From NCBI GenBank assembly GCA_963758635.1, contig CAVWWD010000005.1, positions 448,001 to 512,000 on the forward strand: a stretch of 64,000 nucleotides of DNA, written 5' to 3'. Each line of letters opens with the position of its first letter. Position 1 is the first letter of the stretch. Below are positions 34,246 through 43,818 of this stretch, in pieces. A program made the translations under genes and the position numbers. The notes under the pieces were generated by a model, which saw only the letters and a list, made by a program, of their open reading frames with translations, had not been told where the DNA came from and searched no databases. Source of the stretch: an uncultured Candidatus Rokubacteria bacterium. GTDB lineage: Bacteria > Methylomirabilota > Methylomirabilia > Rokubacteriales > CSP1-6.

Positions 34246-35667
34246 TCAGGCGACGGGCGGCCGCCGGGCGTGCCAGTCGGTGACGCGCTGGTAGGCGTCG
34301 GCGACGCGCAGGACCGTCGCCTCGTCGAACGGGCGCCCGACGATCTGGAGGCCCACGGGTAGCCCGTCCGGCGTCAGCCCGCACGGGATCGACGCGACGG
34401 GATGGCCGGTGACGTTGAACGGCCGCGTGAAGCGGATGAGGCTCCCCCGCACCGGCATCCGGCCGGTCCCCACGACGGCCTCGGCCTCGCCCACGGCGGG
34501 CGCGGCGATCGGCGTGGTGGGCGAGACGAGCACGTCCAGCGTGGCGAGCCGCGCGTCGACCTCGTCGCGCAGCACCGCGCGCGCCCGCTGGGCCTTCAGG
34601 TAGTCGGCCGCGGCCACGAAGGCGCCCACCCGGATGCGCTCGCGGACGTCGTCCGCGTAGTCGGCGGGCCGCGCCTTGATCCACTCCTCGTGGTAGGCGT
34701 AGGCCTCGGCGGAGATGATCGGGGCGGCCGCGGACGCGGCGAGGCCGAGCGTCCCGAGCGTCACGTCCTGCACGGAGGCGCCGAGGCCTTCGAGCGCGCG
34801 GAGCGCCTCCTCGATCACCGGGACGAGGGCGGGCGCGGTGGCGTCCAGGAAGCCGGCGCGGAGCACGCCGACGCGGAGGCCCTTCACGTTGCCGGTGAGG
34901 GCCGCCGTGTAGTCCGGCACGGGCAGCACGCTGGTGGTGGGATCGCGCGGGTCGTACCCCGCCATCGCGCCCAGCAGCAGGGCGCAGTCGGCCGCGGTCC
35001 GGCACATCGGGCCCACGTGATCCAGCGACCACGCCAGCGGCAGCACGCCGGCGCGGCTCACCCGCCCGTACGTCGGCTTGATGCCGCTGATCCCGCAGAG
35101 CGCCGACGGGATGCGGATCGAGCCGCCGGTGTCCGAGCCGAGCGCGCCCGCGCAGAGGGCCGCCGCCACCGCCGCCCCCGAGCCCGACGACGATCCGCCG
35201 CACATGCGGTGCGTGGTCGCGTCCCACGGGTTCCAGGGCGTTCCGTAGTGCGGATTCAGCCCCTCGGGCCCGTAGGCGAACTCGTGCATGTTGAGCTTGC
35301 CCAGCGAGATCGCGCCCGCCGCGGCCAGGCGCGCGGCCACCGTGGCGTCCTGGGCCGGCACGTTGTCGGCGAGGATGCGTGAGCCGCCGGTGGTGCGGAC
35401 GCCGCGCGTGGACACCAGGTCCTTGAGCGCGATGGGCACGCCGCAGAGCGGCCCGCGAGCGCCTGCCGACGTCACCTGCGCCTCCGCGGCCTTGGCCGCC
35501 GCCCGCGCAGCGTCGGCGGTGACCGTGATGAAGGCGCGGAGCTTGCCGTCCAGCGCCTCGATGCGGTCGAGGTAGGCCTGCACGACCTCGACCGGCGACA
35601 CGTCGCGCGCCGCGATCAGCCGCGCGAGCTCGGCGGCGGACTTCCAGACGAGGTCCTGGTCGGCCAT
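34246..35667 (-). CDS. Amidase signature family protein (GatA/AtzE-like)
   Basis: GVPIALKD, GGSSSGS, GSDTGGSIRIPS, GIKPTYG. Confidence 0.93.
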   Translation of the reverse strand: MADQDLVWKSAAELARLIAARDVSPVEVVQAYLDRIEALDGKLRAFITVTADAARAAAKAAEAQVTSAGARGPLCGVPIALKDLVSTRGVRTTGGSRILADNVPAQDATVAARLAAAGAISLGKLNMHEFAYGPEGLNPHYGTPWNPWDATTHRMCGGSSSGSGAAVAAALCAGALGSDTGGSIRIPSALCGISGIKPTYGRVSRAGVLPLAWSLDHVGPMCRTAADCALLLGAMAGYDPRDPTTSVLPVPDYTAALTGNVKGLRVGVLRAGFLDATAPALVPVIEEALRALEGLGASVQDVTLGTLGLAASAAAPIISAEAYAYHEEWIKARPADYADDVRERIRVGAFVAAADYLKAQRARAVLRDEVDARLATLDVLVSPTTPIAAPAVGEAEAVVGTGRMPVRGSLIRFTRPFNVTGHPVASIPCGLTPDGLPVGLQIVGRPFDEATVLRVADAYQRVTDWHARRPPVA

Positions 35668-35677
35668 GCGCCGCGGG

Positions 35678-35852
35678 CTAGAGCATCCGGTACTGCGAGG
35701 CGGGCTCGCCGTCGCCCAGCGGCGGGAGCGAGGCGGCGAGCACGCGGCCCGCTTCCACGAGGGGCAGCAGGCTCGCGAGCTCGGCGTCGGTCAGGGCGAG
35801 CGCCGCGCTCGGCGGCGAGGACACGGAGCGCGTCGAGGGTGAGCGGCGTCAT
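35678..35852 (-). CDS. Small GatC/AtzG-like amidase partner (frameshift near 35800)
   Basis: MTPLTLDALRVLAAERG / ALTDAELASLLPLVE..GEPASQYRML, immediately upstream of the amidase. Confidence 0.6.
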
Positions 35853-35870
35853 GGCGCGAGGATATCGGCT

Positions 35871-35942
35871 CGACTGCGGATTGACAAGCCGCGTGCCGCC
35901 GCGCCGACTCCGGATTGACAAGCCCGACGCCGCCGCGATAAT
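35871..35942 (+). promoter_or_regulatory. Sigma70-type promoter with a tandemly duplicated 34-bp upstream segment
   Basis: CGACT(G/C)CGGATTGACAAGCC..GCCGCCGCG twice (35871 and 35905); second TTGACA followed by GATAAT, 6 nt before ATG 35949. Confidence 0.6.
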
Positions 35943-35948
35943 GCGGCC

Positions 35949-36356
35949 ATGCCCATCACGAGCGATCTCTCGACGTGGCTCGACGACTTCTCGGCCCTCG
36001 TGCGCGCCCGCGACTTCGACGGCGGCCGTCGCATGTTCGCCTCCGACGCCGTGGCCTTCGGGACCTGGGCCCGCGCCGTGTCCGGGCTCGACAACATCGT
36101 GCGCGAGCAATGGCAGAACGTGTGGCCGCGCATCCGGAACTTCCGCTTCGACGATCCGGCGGGCGCGCTGGCCGGCGACGCCGGATGGGTGGCGGCGAGC
36201 TGGTCGTCCGACGCCACCGGGCCCGACGGCCAGGCGTTCATGCGCCACGGCCGCGCCACGTTCGTCCTCGCGCGCCGCGACGGCCGCTGGGTCGCCGTCC
36301 ACAGTCACGTCTCGCTGCTCCCCACCCAGTCCGAGAGCGCTCACGGCCGTCTCTGA
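35949..36356 (+). CDS. NTF2/SnoaL-like protein
   Basis: FSALVRARDF..FASDAVAFGT..GRATFVL..GRWVAVHSHVS. Confidence 0.85.
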   Translation: MPITSDLSTWLDDFSALVRARDFDGGRRMFASDAVAFGTWARAVSGLDNIVREQWQNVWPRIRNFRFDDPAGALAGDAGWVAASWSSDATGPDGQAFMRHGRATFVLARRDGRWVAVHSHVSLLPTQSESAHGRL

Positions 36357-36403
36357 CCGTCCGCCGCTCCGGCGCCGCGGCAGGGTCACAGCGCAGCGCC
36401 CGG

Positions 36404-36979
36404 TCAGCGGATCTGGCGGTACCGGAAGCAGTCCACGAGGTGGTCGTTGACCATGCCCGTGGCCTGCATGAACGCGTAGCAGATGGTGGAGCCCACGAAG
36501 CGGAAGCCGCGCTGCGCGAGATCCCGGCTCATCGCGTCCGACGCAGCCGTGCGCGCGGGCACACCGCGGAGCGTCTTCCGCGCGTTCCGGATGGGCCGCC
36601 CGCCGACGAAGCCCCAGACGTAGGCGGCGAAGCTGCCGAACTCGCGCTGGACCTCGAGGAAGGCCTGGGCATTGCCGATGGTGGACGCGACCTTCAGCCG
36701 GTTCCGCACGATGCCGGGATCGGCGAGGAGCCGTTCCACCTTCCGCGCGTCGTAGCGCGCGATGCGCCCGGCGTCGAAGCCGTCGAACGCGCGCCGGTAG
36801 CCCTCCCGCTTGCCCAGGATCGTCTCCCACGAGAGGCCGGCCTGCGCGCCCTCCAGGATCAGCATCTCGAAGAGGCGCCGGTCGTCGCGCAGCGGCACGC
36901 CCCACTCGCGGTCGTGGTACTCGATCGAGGCCTCGGTGCGCGCCCACCCGCACCGCCGCCGCTCGGCGCGGGCGGTCAC
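36404..36979 (-). CDS. tag: DNA-3-methyladenine glycosylase I
   Basis: RCGWA, YHDREWG, LEGAQAGLSW, GIVRNRLK, FVGSTICYAFMQATGMVNDH. Confidence 0.95.
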   Translation of the reverse strand: MTARAERRRCGWARTEASIEYHDREWGVPLRDDRRLFEMLILEGAQAGLSWETILGKREGYRRAFDGFDAGRIARYDARKVERLLADPGIVRNRLKVASTIGNAQAFLEVQREFGSFAAYVWGFVGGRPIRNARKTLRGVPARTAASDAMSRDLAQRGFRFVGSTICYAFMQATGMVNDHLVDCFRYRQIR

Positions 36980-37902
36980 GATGCGCGGCGCCGGCGGCGC
37001 CCTCGAACCCGGCGAGGAGGGTCGCGGCCTTCGCCTTCACCGCGGCGACGTTCCTGAGCTTCACGTCCTCGTAGCCGCGGATGTCCTCGGGGAGCGCCGC
37101 CACCTCGGCGACCCGGCCCGCGGTGTCCGGCGCGAGCCGCGCCAGCGCCCGCGCGAGCGTGTCCCGGTACCACGGGACCAGCCGGCGCTCCTCGCGGCGG
37201 ACCCGCGCGAGCCCGCACGGGTCGAGCGGCGTGCCGCGAAGCCGCCGGCCCGCGCGCAGCAGCCGGAGGGCCGGCGTGAACCACGGCCCGAGCGCGAGCT
37301 TCCTGTCCATCCCGAGGGCGCGAAGCATCGGCGGATGGAAGTGGTACGTGACGCGGGTCGGCGACGTGAAGATCCGGCGCGTGTCCCGCCGGATCCACGG
37401 CAGGAGGTGAAGCCGCGCCACTTCGTACTCGTCCTTGTAGGCCATGAGCTTGTGGAGGCCCCGGATGGCCGCATGCGTGATGGCGCCGGTCGTGCCCAGC
37501 GCCGCGCGCTCGCGGCCGGCGACCTCGCAGCAGCGCGTCCACGTAGCGCCCAGCGTAGCGGACGTCCTGGTAGTCGATCAGCTCGGCGATCCGGATCGCC
37601 ACGAGCCGCCGCGACTCCTCGTCGAGGTCGGCGCACCGCGCGGCGAGATCGGCATGAGCGCGGCGGCCCCGCGCCGAGAGCGGCGCGAGCGACCGGGCCA
37701 GCCGCTCCTCGTACGGCGGCAGGTCGGGCGGGGAGCCGGGGTAGCCCGACACGAACGTGCCGATCCTGAGCCCCGCCTTCCGGTCCCGGCGGTTCTGGTC
37801 GAGCGGCAGACGCACGAGCGCCTGCACGCCCGAGAGGTAGACGAGGCCCTTGTCGCGGAGGTAGCGGTCGTCGAGGGTGATCGGCTCGGCCCGCGTCGTC
37901 AC
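36976..37902 (-). pseudogene. Indolepyruvate:ferredoxin oxidoreductase-family gene with a large internal deletion (N-terminus joined to DUF6537 C-terminus), also frameshifted
   Basis: LDDRY..LSGVQALVRLP..FVSGYPGSP joined directly to LIDYQD..YA..KLMAYKDEYEVARL..LRGTPLDP..IRGYEDVK. Confidence 0.8.
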
Positions 37903-37967
37903 AGGGTCTCCGTCAGCGCCTGATGTCGGTCCGAAGCCAAGGCGCCCTATGTGGCCGTGCCGCTACG

Positions 37968-38009
37968 GAAAAGCGCGGGGCCGGAGCCCGGACAGGCCCC
38001 GGCCCCGCG
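37968..38009 (-). terminator. Intrinsic terminator candidate after the peptide-binding protein gene
   Basis: CGCGGGGCCGG..CCGGCCCCGCG stem followed by CTTTTCC on the minus strand. Confidence 0.65.
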
Positions 38010-38017
38010 AGCGGGAT

Positions 38018-39748
38018 CTAGCCCTTCTCGACCATGTAGAGGTTGCGCAGCATGTTGATGTAGATGTTGCCGTCCACCACGAGCTGCCCCTGCTTGTTCT
38101 TCTCGATGCCCCGGACCCAGGGCTTGGCCGCCGCGTACCGGATGACCCAGGCCACGGGCACGTAGCCCACGTCCTGCTGCATGAGCTCCTCGGCCCGCTT
38201 GTAGTGGTCCAGGCGCTTCTTCGGGTCGCGCGTGTCCCGGCCGGCTTCCAGCTCCTTGTCGAAGGCGTCGTTGACCCAGGCCTGGCGCTTGCCCGTCGTG
38301 CGCTTGCCGTAGAACGTGTCGAAGTACTCGTTGTGCGGGTCCGGGTAGTCCATGAACCAGCGGATCCACACGAACTGGAGGTCCTGCTTCCACAGCCGCT
38401 CGCGGAACACGCGCTGCTCGAGCACCTCCAGATCCGTCTTCATGTTGAGGCTGTCCAGCAGCACGGCCTGCACCGCCTCGGCAAGGGGCTTGCTGCCCAG
38501 CCCCTCCTCGCGCATCGACAGCGTGATCTTCGGCCAGTTCTTGCCGCCCTCGAACGGCGTGCCCTTGAGCTGCTCGATCGCGAGCTTCTTGTCGTACTTC
38601 TGGATGGCCTTGATCTTCGCGTCGTCGAGCGCGCCCGGGAAGCCGGGCGGGATCATCGACCACGCGGGGGTGGCGAAGCCCTGGCTCACCTTGACCACGT
38701 TCTCGCGGTCGATGGCGTGGGCCACCGCCCGCCGCACCTTGACGTTGTCGAACGGCGGCTTGGTGACCTGCGGCAGGAGGTACCAGGTGCCCGGGTACGG
38801 ATAGACGAACACGTCCTTCTGCATGCGCGGGTCGGACTGGAGCTTCTTCAGGTCGCCCGACTGGAGCCACGTCATGTCGAGCTCGTTGTTCTCGTAGGGC
38901 AGCGCCCCCGCCTGGAGCGGGATGATCGGGATCACGACCTTGTCCAGCGTGATGTTCTTCGCGTCGAAGAAGTGGGGGTTCTTCCTGAGCACCATCTGCT
39001 TGTGATGCTCCCACTGCTCGAGGATGAACGGCCCGTTGGACACGATGTTGCCGGCCTCCGTCCACTTGTCCCCGTGCTTCTCCACGGCGCCCCGATGGGC
39101 GGGGAGCGCCGCGATGTACGCGGCGAGCACCGGGAAGTAGCCGCGCGGGCCCTCGAGCGTCACCTCGAGCGTCCAGTCGTCCTTGGCCTTCACGCCGACC
39201 TCGGCGGCGTCCTTCATCGTGCCCTTGTTGAACGCCTCGCCGTTCTTGAGGTCGTAGAGGAAGGCCGCGTAGGGCGCCTTCGACTCCGGGTCGAGCTGGC
39301 GCTTCCACGACCACTCGAAGTCCTGGGCGCGGACCGGCGCGTTGTCGGACCAGCGGCTGTCCTTCCGGATCGTGAACGTCCAGGCGGAGCCGTCCTTGTT
39401 GCTCTGCACCTTGCTCGCCAGGTACGGCTCGGCAACAAAATCGACGTTGAACGTCATGAGTCCGGCGAAGAGCGACGGCACGCCGGAGCAGTACAGGTTC
39501 TTGTTGTAGTCGTGGCTGGAGGGATCCTGCTGCCAGGAGCCCCCTCCCCCCATCCGGAAGACCTGCTCCCGGGCGAGCTTCTCGCCGGGCTTGAGCTGCG
39601 GCTTCGCCGCCTCGGCGGGGCGAGTGGAGAAGCCGAGCCCTCCGAAGGCGGCCATCGCGCCGACCACGCCGAGGAAGTGGCGCCGATCCAGGCCGATGGC
39701 GGCCAGGCGCTCGGACATGAGCTCGAGCTGTTCGTCGGGAATGCGCAT
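38018..39748 (-). CDS. oppA: Peptide ABC transporter substrate-binding protein (Tat signal)
   Basis: DRRHFL Tat motif, WTFTIRKDSRWSD, NGPFIL, PPFDNVKVRRAVAHAIDR; AAGGAGG RBS. Confidence 0.92.
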   Translation of the reverse strand: MRIPDEQLELMSERLAAIGLDRRHFLGVVGAMAAFGGLGFSTRPAEAAKPQLKPGEKLAREQVFRMGGGGSWQQDPSSHDYNKNLYCSGVPSLFAGLMTFNVDFVAEPYLASKVQSNKDGSAWTFTIRKDSRWSDNAPVRAQDFEWSWKRQLDPESKAPYAAFLYDLKNGEAFNKGTMKDAAEVGVKAKDDWTLEVTLEGPRGYFPVLAAYIAALPAHRGAVEKHGDKWTEAGNIVSNGPFILEQWEHHKQMVLRKNPHFFDAKNITLDKVVIPIIPLQAGALPYENNELDMTWLQSGDLKKLQSDPRMQKDVFVYPYPGTWYLLPQVTKPPFDNVKVRRAVAHAIDRENVVKVSQGFATPAWSMIPPGFPGALDDAKIKAIQKYDKKLAIEQLKGTPFEGGKNWPKITLSMREEGLGSKPLAEAVQAVLLDSLNMKTDLEVLEQRVFRERLWKQDLQFVWIRWFMDYPDPHNEYFDTFYGKRTTGKRQAWVNDAFDKELEAGRDTRDPKKRLDHYKRAEELMQQDVGYVPVAWVIRYAAAKPWVRGIEKNKQGQLVVDGNIYINMLRNLYMVEKG

Positions 39749-39802
39749 ACGGAAGCCTCCTTGGTTGCCGCGTCCGCTATCGGACGACGGGGTTGATGTT
39801 CG

Positions 39803-39981
39803 TCGCGGCCGCCGTCGGCGGTCGTGTCCACGGCATTTCCATGACCCTCGCGGCCGCCGTCGGCGGTCGTGTCCACGGCATTTCCATGACCCTCGCGGCC
39901 GCCGTCGGCGGTCGTGTCCACGGCATTTCCATGACCCTCGCGGCCGCCGTCGGCGGTCGTGTCCACGGCATTTCCATAACC
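39803..39981. repeat. Tandem repeat array A: 45-bp unit x4 (TCGCGGCCGCCGTCGGCGGTCGTGTCCACGGCATTTCCATGACCC)
   Basis: Units start at 39803, 39848, 39893 and 39938; essentially identical, no spacers; intergenic between oppC and oppA. Confidence 0.95.
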
Positions 39982-40005
39982 GTCGCCTCGCCTTCGGCTC
40001 GGCTC

Positions 40006-40908
40006 CTACTTCATTTTGGGGTCGAGGGCGTCTCGGACGCCGTCACCGAAGAAGGTGAACGCGAGCATCGTGATCCCGATGGCGATCGACGGGAACACGC
40101 AGAGGTGCCAGTACGAGCGCAGGTATTGCTGGTTCTCGCCGACCATCTGCCCCCAGGACGGGGTGGGCGGATTGATGCCCACGCCGATGAAGGACAGCGC
40201 GGCCTCGGTGAAGATCGCCTCGGGAATGCCGAAGCTCACCGCCACCACGATGGGCGTGAGCGCGCTGGGCAGCACGTGCCGTGTCATGACGCGGATGAAG
40301 CCGGCGCCGAGGGCCCGGGCGCCCTCGACGAACTCCTTCTCCTTGATCGAGAGCACCTGGGCGCGCGTCTGTCGGGCGATGCCGACCCAGCCGGTGAGGC
40401 CGATGGCGATGAAGATGTTGGTGAGCCCCGCCCCCAGCATCGACATGATGAGGATGACGAACAGCAGCCGGGGGAAGGCGTACATCACGTCGATGAAGCG
40501 GGTGAGCAGCAGGTCGATCCGGCCGCCCGACGTAGCCCGGCGACGAGGCCGATCGGCACGCCGATGGCGACCACGATCACCTGGGCGCCGAGGCCGACGA
40601 GCATCGACACCCGCGCCCCGTAGATCATGCGCGAGAGCATGTCGCGGCCGAGCTGATCCGTGCCGAGCGGGTACTCGCGCGTCGGCCCCTCGTTGAGGCG
40701 GCCGAAGTTCGGCTTCGTGTAGGAGTACGGGGCCACCCAGTCCGCGAAGATGGCGACGAGGCAGAGCACGATCACCACGCTGCCGCCCGCCACCGCCAGC
40801 TTGTTGCGGAGCAGGCGCCGCCAGGCGTCCTGCCAGAGGCTGGTGCCCCGGACGCGGGGCACCGCGATCGCGGGCAGGCGTCTCCTCGACGGCTGGGTGC
40901 GTCGCCAC
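40006..40908 (-). CDS. oppC: Peptide ABC transporter permease (frameshifts near 40530 and 40860)
   Basis: WRRLLRNKLA, PLGTDQLGRD, EFVEGARALGA EAA motif, GDGVRDALDP. Confidence 0.9.
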   Translation of the reverse strand: MATHPAVEETPARDRGAPRPGHQPLAGRLAAPAPQQAGGGGRQRGDRALPRRHLRGLGGPVLLHEAELRPPQRGADARVPARHGSARPRHALAHDLRGAGVDARRPRRPGDRGRHRRADRPRRRATSGGRIDLLLTRFIDVMYAFPRLLFVILIMSMLGAGLTNIFIAIGLTGWVGIARQTRAQVLSIKEKEFVEGARALGAGFIRVMTRHVLPSALTPIVVAVSFGIPEAIFTEAALSFIGVGINPPTPSWGQMVGENQQYLRSYWHLCVFPSIAIGITMLAFTFFGDGVRDALDPKMK

Positions 40909-40926
40909 GTCAGTCGCCCCATCGGG

Positions 40927-41853
40927 TCAGTACTTGATGCGGGGGTCGATGAACCCATACGCGAGGTCGACGAGCAGGTTCATGATGGCCAGGAAGACGC
41001 CGTAGATCAGCACCACCGCCATGATCATCGGGTAGTCGCGGCCGGTCATCGACTGGACGAAGAAGCGTCCCATGCCCGGCACGCGGAAGATGGACTCCAC
41101 GAAGAACGAGCCCGTGCCGATCGCCGCGAACATGGGCCCGAGGAGGGTCACCACCGGGATCAGCGCGTTCTTGAGCACGTGCTTGAGGACCACGGGCCGC
41201 TCGGCGAGGCCCTTGGCGCGCGCGGTGCGGATGTAGTCCGAGCGGATGACCTCGACCATGCTCGATCGGGTGAACCGGGCGATGATCCCGAGCGGGCCGA
41301 GGGCCAGCGCCACCGCGGGCAGGACCCAGTCGCGGGGCGAGCCCCATCCGCCGGTCGCGAACAGCGGGATGACGAACGAGAACAGCACGATCAGGAAGAC
41401 GGCGAGGACGAAGTTCGGCAGGCTCACGCCGAGCGTGGCCAGGCTCACGCACACGTAATCCCACGAGCGATTCTGGTAGACGGCGGCGAGGATCCCGAGG
41501 GCGACGCCCCCCGTCACCGCGATCGCGAGGGCGAGGCTCCCGAGGAGCAGCGACACCGGGAACGTGTCGACGATGATCTCCGACACGGTCCGCGTCTGGT
41601 AGATGAACGACTGCCCGAAGTCCCCGCGCACGATCTTGGTGAGGAAGATCCAGAACTGCTCGTAGAGGGGCTTGTCGAGCCCGTAGGCCCTGGCCAGGTT
41701 CTTCTGCGCCTCCGGAGACAGCGGGTTGGCCCCCTCGGCGACGGGGTCGAGGGGACTCCCGGGAGTGGCGTGCATCACCAGGAAGGTGACCAGCGCCATC
41801 GCGAGCAGCGTCGGGACCAGCCAAGCAAGGCGGTAGATCGCGTAGCCGAGCAC
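40927..41853 (-). CDS. oppB: Peptide ABC transporter permease
   Basis: YGLDKPL, GDFGQS, DYIRTARAKGL, DLAYGFIDPRI. Confidence 0.93.
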   Translation of the reverse strand: MLGYAIYRLAWLVPTLLAMALVTFLVMHATPGSPLDPVAEGANPLSPEAQKNLARAYGLDKPLYEQFWIFLTKIVRGDFGQSFIYQTRTVSEIIVDTFPVSLLLGSLALAIAVTGGVALGILAAVYQNRSWDYVCVSLATLGVSLPNFVLAVFLIVLFSFVIPLFATGGWGSPRDWVLPAVALALGPLGIIARFTRSSMVEVIRSDYIRTARAKGLAERPVVLKHVLKNALIPVVTLLGPMFAAIGTGSFFVESIFRVPGMGRFFVQSMTGRDYPMIMAVVLIYGVFLAIMNLLVDLAYGFIDPRIKY

Positions 41854-41955
41854 CGGACCTCCCGGAACCCCTTGAAATGCTGCCCGAACTATCCGGCAAG
41901 GCCGTCGCGAAGTCAAGAACGGCGCGGCTCTTCCGGGATGGTATCCTCACGCCGG

Positions 41956-43818
41956 ATGGCGACCGTTTCCCTCACTGTCCTGCCCGATTCCCGCACGCTC
42001 CAGGTCGAAAGCGGCACCAGCATCCTGAAGGCGGCGCACGGCGCCGGCGTGGACATCACCGCCACCTGCGGGGGCCGCGGCCGCTGCACGTCCTGTCGCG
42101 TCAAGTTCGTCGCCGGCACGGCGCCCCCGCCCACCGTGATGGACGAGCTGCAGCTCGGCGACGACCTGGTCCGCGAAGGCTACCGCCTGTCCTGCCAGTG
42201 CCCGGTCACCGCCGCGATCACGGTGCAGGTGGCTCCCCCGCTCGACGAGCGGAGCTTCCAGATCCTGGGCCCGGGGCCGGCGCCGGGGGCCGGCCGCGTG
42301 ACCATCGCGGCCGGCGTCGACAAGCGCATGGTCGCGGTCACCCTGTCCAAGGACGAGCACCAGCAGACCTCCGACCTGGAAGCGCTCGAGGCGGCCCTCG
42401 GCGGGCCCGGCATGCCCGTGGCCGGGGACGTGCTGAAGGGGCTGCCGCAGGCGCTCCGCGAGTACGCCGGCCAGGCCACGGTCACCACGTTCGCGGGCTC
42501 GGTCATCGCCGTCGAGGCCGGCGACACCGCGCTCCTGAAGTTCGGGCTCGCCGTGGACGTGGGCACCACGAGCGTGGTCACGACGCTGATGGAGCTCGAG
42601 TCCGGGGAGCAGCTCGGGTCGGTCTCGAGCCTGAACCCGCAGGCGGTGTTCGGCGGCGACCTCATGTCGCGCATCGCCTTCGCGCAGTGGAACCCCGGGA
42701 ATCTGAAACGGCTCCAGACGCGGATCGTGGGGCTCCTCAACCAGCACGTCGAGCAGCTCACCGCGGACACCGGCGTCCTCGCCAAGTGGATCTACAAGGT
42801 CGTCGTGGTCGGCAACACGTGCATGCACCACATCCTGCTCGGCATCGACCCGACCCACGTGGGGCTCGCGCCCTATGCCCCGGTGGTGCGCGCGCCGGTG
42901 ACGCGCGCGGCGCGCGAGCTCCACCTGCGCGTGCACCCGGAGGCGCGGGTGTGCTTCCTGCCCCTCGTGGCGGGCTTCCTCGGCGCCGACGCGGTGGCGG
43001 TGGCGCTCGCCACGCGCATCGGCGACACGCCGGAGCGGCGGATCGCGGTGGACATCGGCACCAACGGCGAGGTGCTCCTGGGCTCGAGCGAGCGCCTGTG
43101 GGGCTGCTCGGCTCCCGCCGGCCCCGCGCTCGAGGGCGCGCAGATCCGCCACGGCATGCGGGGCGCGCTGGGCGCCATCGACCGCGTGTGGATCGAGGAC
43201 GGCGACCTCCGCCTCCACACGATCGGCGACGCGGCGGCCCAGGGCATCTGCGGCTCGGGCATCGTGGACGCCGTGGCCGTGCTCCTGGACGCCGGCGTGA
43301 TCGACTGGACGGGGCTGATCGACGTGGACGGCCGCGCGCGGCTGCCCGCGCCGCTCCGCTCCCGCGTGGAGATGCGCGGGGAGGACCGCGTGATCGTCCT
43401 TGCGCGGGCCGGCGAGCACGGCGCCGCCCACGAGATCGTGCTCGGTCAGGACGACGTCCGCCAGGTCCAGCTCTGCAAGGGGGCGATCGCCTCGGGGGCG
43501 GCCATGCTCCTCCGTGTGGCCGGCATGACGCCCGATGACGTGTCGGAGCTGATGCTGGCCGGCGGTTTCGGCAACTACCTGTCGATCCGGAGCGCGCTCC
43601 GGATCGGCCTCGTCCCCGCCGTGCCCGAGGCGCGCATCCGCTACGTGGGCAACGCGGCGGCGCTGGGCGCCCAGCTCGCGCTGGTGTCGGAGGCCGAGCG
43701 CGCGCGAGCCGAGGAGGTGGCGCGGCGGATCGAGCACGTTTCGCTCGCCGCGCACCCCGACTTCCAGGACGTGTTCGTCGACTGCATGAACTTCCCGCGG
43801 GACCCGGACCCGCGATGA
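41956..43818 (+). CDS. ASKHA/DUF4445 RACo-type ATP-dependent reductive activator of corrinoid proteins with N-terminal 2Fe-2S domain
   Basis: CGGRGRCTSC..RLSCQ ferredoxin; DVGTTS, NPQ..GGDLMSRI, GNTCM, DIGTNGE, AGPALEG, GICGSG, AGGFG. Confidence 0.92.
   Translation: MATVSLTVLPDSRTLQVESGTSILKAAHGAGVDITATCGGRGRCTSCRVKFVAGTAPPPTVMDELQLGDDLVREGYRLSCQCPVTAAITVQVAPPLDERSFQILGPGPAPGAGRVTIAAGVDKRMVAVTLSKDEHQQTSDLEALEAALGGPGMPVAGDVLKGLPQALREYAGQATVTTFAGSVIAVEAGDTALLKFGLAVDVGTTSVVTTLMELESGEQLGSVSSLNPQAVFGGDLMSRIAFAQWNPGNLKRLQTRIVGLLNQHVEQLTADTGVLAKWIYKVVVVGNTCMHHILLGIDPTHVGLAPYAPVVRAPVTRAARELHLRVHPEARVCFLPLVAGFLGADAVAVALATRIGDTPERRIAVDIGTNGEVLLGSSERLWGCSAPAGPALEGAQIRHGMRGALGAIDRVWIEDGDLRLHTIGDAAAQGICGSGIVDAVAVLLDAGVIDWTGLIDVDGRARLPAPLRSRVEMRGEDRVIVLARAGEHGAAHEIVLGQDDVRQVQLCKGAIASGAAMLLRVAGMTPDDVSELMLAGGFGNYLSIRSALRIGLVPAVPEARIRYVGNAAALGAQLALVSEAERARAEEVARRIEHVSLAAHPDFQDVFVDCMNFPRDPDPR

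Noticed and set aside
39803..39981. CRISPR array interpretation of array A (and array B at 61106-61266)
   Set aside because: Units are contiguous and identical with no unique spacers; no cas genes in the window
40750..41955. Apparent 400-aa N-terminal extension of the RACo protein
   Set aside because: It is the antisense of oppB/oppC; the ferredoxin domain starts at ATG 41956 behind a -10 element
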